Assembly: GCF_009914755.1 (NCBI RefSeq)
Contig: NC_060929.1
From: the human T2T-CHM13v2.0 reference genome, Homo sapiens
DNA: 64,000 nt
Strand: one strand, 5' to 3'
Shown here: piece after piece, positions 54,119 to 64,000 of the stretch
Layout: each line of letters begins with the position of its first letter
Position numbering within the stretch: position 1 is the first letter of the stretch
The notes under the pieces: model-generated
Database searches by the model: none
What the model was told of the DNA's origin: nothing
The model's input: the letters and a program-made list of their open reading frames with translations, nothing else
Made by a program: the position numbers and the translations under genes

Positions 54119-56103
54119 AAAAACATGATTATGTGTTTTTTTCTTCTTTTATTAAAATAACAAAGATTAGCAAATGCCTCAAATAATATCAAATACAAAC
54201 TACCCCTTCCTTGCCATGTCCAGTACAGTGCCAACCACAAGTAAGCACTTAGAGTTTGTAGTTGTAATTACTATGAATGAGTTAATAAAGAATAAAAAAA
54301 CTGTAGGAGAACATAGAAAAAAGGAGAATGTTAAGTAAATGCACTGAGATTCAACTGGGAAATGCAAAGGAAAACAAGAAGAAGGGGAAGAAGTAGGGTG
54401 AATTACAGAAATGAGAGGCAAATAAAAGATTATCCAGCAGTTCTTGTTCAAATAGTTCGAAAGACTAAATCCTTCAAACATCACTCTCTATGTGGAGATA
54501 ATCCTTGAAAGGATGATAAGTGAGCAAGAAAAATGGGGTGAGCCTAGAAAATTCTTTCAAAGCTCAAAAGCCAAATTTTATGGAAGAAAAATCATTTGAT
54601 GTAGATGGTCTGGGACTTTTTATTAAGTGCTGACAAGAGCTGTTGCCCTTACAGCTAACAACACTCAGTCCATGATTTATTCAAAGAGCTGGTGCAGCAG
54701 AGACACCAGCAACATGCACTCCAGGCTGCCCAGCACAGACTCTCAGTCCACACTGGAGGACTACCTCCAGCGCTAATATCATCGTTTATCATTTCCTCCT
54801 CACTGAGCTGCCTCCTTGGCTGTAGGGCTAGCAGTGGCTAGGATTAGTCAGCTATCTTGCTTTTGAAAATCTGTAGTTCAAGGTAAAAAGACACGCGCTT
54901 TGCAGCTACCTGTGCACAAAGGTGCTAATCTAAAATGACACAGGCTTTCCAGCCACCAAACAACTTTCTGCAGGGAACCCAGGGGCTATCTTGGTCCTGC
55001 GAAGGAGAAGGTTACCTGCTAAGTCACTGTGCAATGATCAATTCTCAGTTGTTCCCTAATCTTCCTGAACTTGGCCCTGACCTTTTACCTTATCCAGTCA
55101 CTTTTAAAGGACAGTTAGAAAATGAGCAGAAAATTGGAGGTAGTACTTCTAGGCCTCAGATGAGCCAATCTTTACTTTTATTTACTCCAAGAACTACTGG
55201 TTCTGTGGTTATTTCTTTTCCTTTGTTAAAAAAAAAAAGCACAATATCACTTGTGTGTACTTTTAACTGAAAAACCCAATCGTTTATTTTTCTTCTAACT
55301 CTCAGAAATGCATCTTGTGTGTGAATAAATCTGAGCTCTGATCTGACCTTTATCTTTACAATATAACACGAGTACAATAATAATTTATAGGCCTCAGTCC
55401 TAAGTGTGACATTTCAATGAGCTGGGTAAATATCATTACCTGAAGCCAGCAGCAGCAAGGATGCAGACCAAGAGGTAGCTGGGTGAGTACATTTTCCAGA
55501 AGAGGATCATGAATTTGATGGTAGGTACAGTCCTGAAACCAGCAAAGATTTCACTCTTCAGAGTTGTGTTCCTTAACAATTGACAACGGTAAAAACAAAA
55601 TCCAAGTTGGGGGTGCAGGAGAAAAGGTTTTCATTTAGCTAAGGAACAAGAAAATCTCTATTCCTAGTTAAGTCAGGTTGATTGACTACTGAACAGCCCA
55701 GATGCATGAATAATTGTCCAGGCTTTTCTGCCCTTCTCTGTGCTTGTCTAGGGAAGGTCAAGGAAGCCAGACTTGTTATAAATGGAACAGAATCCCCCAG
55801 GGATTTGGGGGTTAGAAAAGGGAAAAATTGAGCAAGAAGGAGCAAGGAAATGGATTGATGGTTCTGCCTGTCTTCAAAGCCCAACAAATATGTAAATCAT
55901 GGAACATATTTGGCATCCAATCTCACTCTACTCTGGGAAGGCAAAGGTATCCATGGCCATGAGTAAAATTCTTAGTTGCCAAGAGAGCCAAATGCTCTTT
56001 CTTCCTACCTTCCCAAATTCCCATCACTACTTGGGTCTAACTTTTTTAGACAATGTATCTTGCAGAGATTTCATGAATAGCCTGAACAGGTATTCATGAA
56101 ACT

Positions 56104-56175
56104 TCTCTGAAAAGCAAAGCTTCTAGACTTACAAGAAACGTCTCTGAAAAGCAAAGCTTCTAGACTTATAAGAAA
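56104..56175 (+). repeat. 37-bp tandem duplication
   Basis: TCTCTGAAAAGCAAAGCTTCTAGACTTA(c/t)AAGAAA twice. Confidence 0.95.
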
Positions 56176-56201
56176 TCCCTCATTTATACTTGCAAGAGGT
56201 T

Positions 56202-56248
56202 GCTTACCTGTCCAAAAAAAAAAAAAAAAAAAAAAAATTGTAAGTGCA
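56202..56248 (-). other. Splice-signal cluster: branchpoint-like CTTAC, T24, GGACAG|GTAAGC
   Basis: Top strand gcttacctgtcc-A24-ttgtaagtgca; motif is seen directly, function is not. Confidence 0.4.
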
Positions 56249-57710
56249 CCCTCTTGGCACAGCTAGCACTCTTCAGATTCTTTTTCATGCAGAAGAAAGT
56301 GTGGAAACCTTTCAGCTAGCTGAAACTATTTAACAGCTACATATATATTTTTTTCTCCTACGTTTGCCTATTTTCATTGGATCACAAGAGCCACAGCTAC
56401 ACACCCACACTGCCCACTTCTTGTCAGTTTATTCTGTCCGCAGCATAGAATGACATTTTCCATGTAACTCATCAAAATGAAAAACAGAAAGCAAATTCAC
56501 AAAATAACCAAAACTCTATTTGAAAAAGAATGAAAAAAAAAAAAAAAGATTGGCTCTGATAGAATTTCACACTTTAATAAGAAAATAAGGAAATTGCTCT
56601 CCCAGGGACTAAACCATTTTTATGTTGTAGAAAAACACCCTGGGTTCAGAGGTTTTCTCCTCTAGGCAATCTCTGCCCCCCACAGTTTCAAACATCATGC
56701 CTTGCTAAGTTTCAGCAATATCTTGGCCAAGTTCTCCTTTGTATTGGAAGAAAAAGTTTGTTTTTTTGTGAAATGCATTCATACACTTGTCTTGCCCACA
56801 ACCCATAGATTAAATACACACACATATCACTTGCTGAGAGTTCCAGCTGTTTAGATTTTCACCCAAACATGTGAATAAAAACCGCAGGCAAAACAAGTAC
56901 TGTCTCTCATACCTTTTAGGGATTAACAAATAGCCCTTACCCTGCTGATGCCCGTTCTTAATTGGACTATGCTGTGAGGAGCAATTAAGCCTAAATGGCC
57001 ACTTGCTGAGAGCTGGTGAAAGAAATGCTGCAGCTTGAGGCATTTGCATTCTCCAAATAGAGCACATATGCTTTGCTTTGGTGCCCATAAAGAAAGGAGA
57101 TTTACTTATTTTTTTAGTGCTTTTAAAAGTGAAAAGGGCCATTGTTTCATGCACAACGTGGAAATTATTCAAGGAAATTTTTTAGACATATATAATTTTT
57201 GCAACTTTTGTGCAAATCAGAGAAGCAGAGATGGAAGCTTTGTTCCTCTGTAAAACAGGGCAGCAACTGTGCAAGAAAGGCTTCTTCCCTCCCTCCAATC
57301 CACTGTGTGTCTCTATCAGGCGTGCAAAGGACAGATCAGTACCAGCAAAATGAAGCAGAAAATGACACAATTCCCTGGACATCAACAAGCCATCACCTGA
57401 ATGGTATGTAACTGGGGAAGAGAAGTTCTATTAAAAAATATTCAGAGACATTATCTTTTCAAGACATTTCCCTCTTGAAAATGGAGAACAAAAATAAATA
57501 GATTAAAATAGGACTGACCTGTCCCTTTCAGCACAGAAAGGTAATTGCTAGCACTCCCCAAGACATTCTTCTACCGCACAGACATGAATTGCTGGCCTCG
57601 GCTACTGATATTTGTATTGTTTCTATTATCGTATGGACAAGGGGACAAAGGAGATAAGTTTGAATTTTCTCCTGAGTTACATGAAGAACCATTGAAAAGA
57701 TTTCATTGTT

Positions 57711-58058
<348 letters not shown>

Positions 58059-58348
58059 TTAATTGCTTTTGTAAATGTTATATTCATCATTATTAAAAAA
58101 AAATAAAAAAAATAAAAACCTTAAGTGAACAAGGGGAAAAAAAAAAGAAGAAAAAAAATTACAAAGTCATCTACCCCAAAAGATCCATCATTTATCATTC
58201 TGTGAACACCATCTCAAACATCTCTGTATGTACATATATAAATAGAAGAAACAGGGATATTTCATCAAAACCAGAATCATTGTATAAAAGCTACATATTT
58301 TTTAAGTGTTCAGTTTTATTTTGCTTCATTTTAACACAAAGAAAACCC

Positions 58349-59077
58349 GGTAATCATTCAACAGGTTATTCTTGCCAACAGCACAGATAAAGCCAATTAA
58401 ATGAGATAGTGGTAGTGCAGTAGAGAAAGAGTTTAATAATCACAGGGCCAGCCAAGTCTAAGGGCAGGAGTTATTACTCAAATCAGCTCTCTCCAAAGGT
58501 TTAGAGGCTAGGGTTTTTCAAGGACAGTTTCGTGGGCAGGGGCTTAGGAATGGGGAATGTTGATTTCTTTGGTTGAGGTGAAATCATAGGGGGTTGAAGC
58601 TGTCTTCTTGTGCTGAGTCAATTCCTGGGTGGGAGTCACAATAGCAGATCAGCCAGTTTCTTGGTATGGGTTACCAGTCCAAGTGGCACCAGCTGTTCCA
58701 ACAAAATGTAGGGTTTGGAAAATACCTCAAACACCAATCTTAGGTTTAACAACAGTGATGTTATCTATAGGAGCAATTGGAGAGGTTATAAATCTTGTGA
58801 CCTCTAGCTACATGACTCCTGAACCATAATTCTAACCTTGTGATTAATTTGTTAATTTTACAAAGGCAGTTTTTGTCCCTGAGCAAGGAGGAGTTTAGTT
58901 TCAGGAAGGGGCTGTTTTCATCTTTGTTTTAAAGTTTAAACTATAAAATAAATTCTTCCTATAGTTAGCTTGACCTACACCCAGGGATGAATAAGGGCAG
59001 CTTGGAGGTTAGAAGCAAGATGGAGTGAGTTAGGTTAGGTTTCTCTCATTGTTATAATTTTTGCAAAGGTGGTTTCA
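58349..59077 (-). mobile_element. ERV1 solo LTR, LTR8/LTR8A-like
   Basis: agagaaagagtttaat...tactcaaatcag...gcaagatggagt...tttgcaaaggtggtttca; 4-bp TSD ACCC. Confidence 0.85.
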
Positions 59078-59262
59078 ACCCTATAATAATACTGATAAAC
59101 TGCTGAACTTCAGAATAATTTTTCTCCCCAACAAATTATTCTAAAAGGAACATTGTTTATTTACCATTTTCAAGTGAATTAATTCAGACTTTTATAATGA
59201 TCAAAAGGCAGTGAGTTCACCTTTCTTCTCTGAACACATGCATAGCAATGACAGATGAAAAA

Positions 59263-62200
59263 TTTTTTAACTTTTATTTTAGGTTCAGGGGTACTTCATG
59301 TGCAGGTTTGTTATACAGGTAAATCGCATGTTGCAGGGGTTTGGTGTACAGAATATTTCATCATCCAGATAATAAGCATAGTACCCAATACATAGGTTTT
59401 CAATCCTCACTCTTCTACCACCCTCCACCCTCAAGTAGGACCCAGTGTCTGTTGTTTTCATCTTTGTGTCTATGTGTACTCAATGATCAGCTCCCACTTA
59501 TAAGTGAAAACAGGCAGTATATGCTTTTCTGTTTCTGCATTGGTTTGCTTAGGATAATGGCCTCCAGCTCCATCCATGTTCCTTCAAAGGACATGATCTC
59601 ATTCTTTTTCATGGCAGTATAGTATTCCACGGTTTGTATCTAACACATTTTCTTTATCTAGCCTAGTATTAATTGGCATCTAGGTTGATTTTATGTCTTT
59701 GCTATTGATAGTAGTGCTGCAATAAACATGTATGTGCATGAATCTTTATGTTAGAATGTATATTCCTTTGGGCATATACCCAATAATGGGATTGCAGAGT
59801 GGAATGGAAATTTTGTTTCAAGTTCTTTCAGAGATCACCAAACTTCTTTCCACAGTAGCTGAACTAATATTCATTCCCACTAGCAGTATGTAAGTGTTAC
59901 CTTTTCTCCACAGCCTTGCCAGCATCTGTTATTTTTAGACTTTCTAATAATTGTCATTCTGACTAGTGTGAGATGGTGTCTGGTAGTTTTAATTTCCATT
60001 GCTCTAATAATTAGTGATATTGAGCATTTTTTTCATATGCTTCTTGGCTGTTGTTCTTCTAAAACATGTCTGTTTATGCCCTTTGCCAACTTTTTGATGG
60101 GGTTGTTTTTTTTCTTATAAATTTGTTTCAGTTCCTTATAGATTGTGGATATCAGACCATTATCGGATGCATAGTTTGCAAATATATTCTCTCATTCTGT
60201 ATCCTGTCTGTTCCCTCTATTGATAGTTTCTTTTGCTGTGCAGAAGCTCTATAGTTTCATTAGATCCCGTTTGTCAATTTTTGGTTTTGTTGCAATTGGT
60301 TTTGGTGTCTTTGTCATGAAATCTTTGCATGATCCTATGTCCAGAATAGTATTGCCTAGGTTATCTTCCAGGGATTTTATCACTTTTGGTTTTACATTTA
60401 AGTCTTTAATCCATCTTGAGTTGATTTTTTTTTTATCATGTAAGGAAGAGGTCCAATTTCAATCTTCTGCATATGGCTAAGCACTTACCCCAGCACCAAT
60501 TATTGAGTAGGGAGTCTTTTCCCCATTGCATGTTTTTGTTGACTTTGTTGAACATCAGATGGCTGTAGGTGTGAGGCATTATTTCTGGGCTCTCTATTCT
60601 GTTCCATTGGTCTATGTGTCTGTTTTTATACCAGTAACATGCTGTTCTGGTTACTGTAAACTCGGAGTATAGTTTGAAGTTGGGTAATGTAATGCCTCCA
60701 GCTTTGTTCTTTTTGCTTAGGATTGCCTTGACTGTCCAGTCTCTTTTTTGGTTCCATATAAATTTTAAAATACTTTTTTCAAGTTCTGTGAAGAATCTCA
60801 GTGGTAGTTTAATTAGAATAGCATTAAATGTATAAATTGCTTTGGGAAGTATGGCCATTTTAACAATATTGACCCTACCTATTCATGAGCATGGACTGTT
60901 TTTCCATTTGCTTGTGTCATCTCTGATTTCTTTGAGCGGTGTTTTGTAATTCTTGTAGAAATCCATCACCTCCCTGGTCAGCTGTATTTCCAGGTATTTT
61001 AGTCTATTTGTGGCAATTGTGAATAGAATCGCATTCTTGATCTTGCACTCAGCTTGGATGTTGTTGGTGTATAGGAATGCTACTCATTATTGAACATGGA
61101 TTTTGTGTCCTGAAACTTGGCTGAAGTTGTTTATCAGGTAAAGGAGCTTTTAGGCAGACATTATGGGGCTTTCCAGGTATAGAATTATATCATCTGCAAG
61201 CAGGGATAGTTTGACTTCCTCTCTTCTGATTTGGATGCCCTCTATTTCTTTCTCTTGCCTGATTGCTCTGGCAAGGACTTCCAGTACTATGTTGAATAGT
61301 AGTGGTGAGTCTTGTTCCAGTTTTCAGGGGAATCCTTTTAGCTTTTCCCCATTCGGTATGATGCTGGCTGTGCGTTTGTCATAGATAGCTCTTACTATTT
61401 TGAAGTATGTTTCTTCAATGCCTAGTTTGTTAGGAGTTTTTAACATGAAGGGATGTTGAATGTTATCAAAAGCCTTTTCTACATCTACTGAGACAATCAT
61501 GTGGTTTTTGTTTTCAGTTCTTTTTATGTGGTGAATCGCATTGATTGATTTGCGTATGTTGAACCAACCTCACGTCCCAGGAATAAAACCTACTTGATCA
61601 TGGTAGATTAGCTTTTTGATGTGCTGCTAGATTTAGTTTGCTGGTATTTTCTTGAGGATGTTTGCATTTATGTTCATCAAGGATACCGGCCTAAAGCTTT
61701 CCTTTTTTGTTACATCTCTGACAGGTTTTGGTATCAGGATGATGTTGGCCTTATAGAATAAGTCATAGAGGAGTCCCTCCTCCTCAATTGTTTGAAATAG
61801 TTTTAGTAGGAATGGTACCAGCTCTTCTTTACACATCTGGTAAAATTCAGCTGTGACTCCATCTGGTCTCAGACTCTTTTTGGTTGGCATGCTTTGTATT
61901 ACTGATTCAATTTTGAAACTCGTTATTGGTCTGTTAACACATTCCAAAATTTCTTCCTGGTTCAGTCTTCAGAGGTTGTTATGTGTCTAGAGATTCATTC
62001 ATTTCTTCTAGGTTCTGTAGCTTGTGTGCATAGAGGTGTTCAGAATAGTCTCTGAGGTTTTTTGTATTTCTGTGGGGTGAGTGGAAGCATCTTCTTTGTC
62101 ATTTCTGATTGTGTTCATTTGGATATTCTCTTTTTTCTTTATTAGTCAAACTTGTGATCTATCTAGCTTATTTTTTCAAAAAATCAGCTCCTGGATTTGT

Positions 62201-64000
62201 TGATTTTTTTTGGTATGGTTTTTGGATCTCATTCAGCTTTGATTTTGGTTATTTCTTGTCTTCTGCTAGCTTTGGGGTTGGACTGCTGTTGGTTCTCTAG
62301 TTCCTCTAGTTGTGATGTTAGGTTGCTAATTTGAAGCCTTTTTAGCTGTTTGGTATGTGCTTTTCATGCTATAAACTTCCCTCTTAACACTGCCTTAATC
62401 ATGTCTCAGAGATGCTGGTATGTTGTATCTTTGTTCTCACTAATTTTAAAGAATTTCTTGAATGTTCTCTGAATTTCAGTCATTCAGAAGCAGGTTGTTT
62501 AATTTCCATGTAATTATATGGTTTTGAGCAATTTTCTTAGTATTGATTTTTATTTTTGTTGTGCTGTGTTACAAGAGCATGGTTGATATAATTTTGTTTT
62601 GTTTTTTTTTTGAATTTGCTGAATATTGTTTTAGATCCAATTGTGTGGTCAGTTATAGAGTATATGCCATGTGCAGGTAAGAAGAATATATATTCTGGGT
62701 GGAGTGCAGTGGCTCACACCTGAAATCCCAGCACTTTGGGAGGCTGAAGCAGGCAGACCACTTGAGGTCAGGAGTTTAAGACCAGCCTGGCAAACATGGC
62801 AAAACTCTGTCTCCACTAAAAAATACAAGAATTAGCTGGGTGTGATGGCACATGCCTGTAATCCCAGCTACTTGGGTGGCTAGGGCATGAGAATCACTTG
62901 AACCTGGGAGGCAGAGGTTGCAGTGACCAAAATCATGCCACTGCACTCCAGCCTGGGCGACAGAGTGAGACTCTGCCTCAAAAAAAAAAGAAAAAAAGAA
63001 AAATAGAAAGAAAACAACAACAACAACAAAAAAAAAACAGTGTATATTCTACTGTTTTGGGGTGGAGTGTTCTGTAGATGTCTATTAGGTTTATTTGGTC
63101 AAATGTCAAGTTCAGGTCCTGAGTATCTTTGTTACTTTTCTGCCTCATTGGTCTGTCTAATACTGTCATTGGGATGTTGAGGTCTCCCATTATTATTGTG
63201 TGGTTATCTGTCTCTTTGTAGGTCTCTAAGAATTTGCATTATGGGTACAATTTAGGATTCATATATTTAGGATAGTTAAATCTTCTTGTTGAATCAAGCC
63301 CTTTACCATTATGTTATGCCCTTCTTTGTCTTTCTTAATCTTTGTTGGTTTAAAGCCTGTTTTGTCTGAAATTAGAATAACAACCCCTGCTTTTATCTGT
63401 TTTCCATTTGCTTGGAAGATTTTTCTCCATCCCTTTATTTTGAACCTATGGGTGTCATTGCATGTGAGATGAGTCTTTCAAGACAGCATACCATTGGGTC
63501 TTTCTTCTTCATCCAACTTGTTGCTCTGTGCCTTTTAATTGGGGCATTTACCCATTTACATTCAAAGTTAGTATTGAAATGTGCAAATTAGTTCTTGTCA
63601 TCCTGTTGTTAGCTGGTTATTATGCAGACTTGTTTAGGTGGTTGTTTTATAATGTCACTGATTAGTACTTAAGTGTGTTTCTGTAGTGGCTACTAATGGT
63701 CTTTCCTTTCCATGTTTAGCACTCCCTTCAAGACTTCTTGTAAGGTAGGTCTGCTGGTAACAAAATCCCTTAGCATTTGCTTGTCTGAAAAGGATCTTAT
63801 TTCTTTGTTTATGATGCTTAGTTTGGCTGGATATGATATTGTTGGTTAGAAATTCTTTTCCTGACAAATGCTGAATATAGGCCTTCAATCTCTTCTGGCT
63901 TGTAGTGTTTCTGCTGAAAGGTCCACTGTGAACCTGATGAGGTTCCCTTGTAGGTGACCTGCCCTTCTCTCTAGTTGCCTTTAACACTTTTTCTTTCATT
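59263..64000 (-). mobile_element. L1PA15/16-like element (3' UTR, ORF2, end of ORF1), continuing beyond the window
   Basis: 3' UTR ttaggttcaggggtac...ccctcaagtaggacccagtgtc; ORF2 fragments 60436-60858 and 61633-61947. Confidence 0.94.
62697..63036 (+). mobile_element. AluS nested in the L1, with an A-rich (CAA)n tail
   Basis: Two-arm Alu; TSD aagaatatatattct / aacagtgtatattct. Confidence 0.95.

Noticed and set aside
57532-57540. 9-nt microexon candidate ctttcAG|CACAGAAAG|GTAATT
   Set aside because: Short pyrimidine tract and branchpoint motif too close; likely chance

Overview
Human genomic DNA (a near-consensus AluYb8 at 11017-11329 is human-specific), intronic or intergenic and dominated by transposable elements. 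I recognise no protein-coding gene, RNA gene or CpG island. The long ORFs are broken LINE-1 ORF1/ORF2 remnants, Alu read-throughs or chance frames. The window holds eight Alu/FLAM copies, all on +. It also holds four primate L1PA copies with 3' ends on -: one full-length, one truncated at both ends, one nested with a 5' inversion, and one running off the window end. MaLR/ERV LTRs, DNA transposons, L2 and MIR fossils fill much of the rest. The main signals are: (1) short locally templated insertions flanked by direct repeats, each copied from about 2.2-2.3 kb away; (2) two neighbouring L1s sharing non-consensus variants, including a frameshift, suggesting gene conversion; (3) an LTR/L1 fusion marking a multi-kb deletion; (4) a minus-strand branchpoint-T24-AG|GTAAG motif resembling a recursive splice site, plus several exon-like segments. 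Subfamily names come from remembered consensus sequences and need RepeatMasker/Dfam confirmation. Boundaries of old repeats are approximate.
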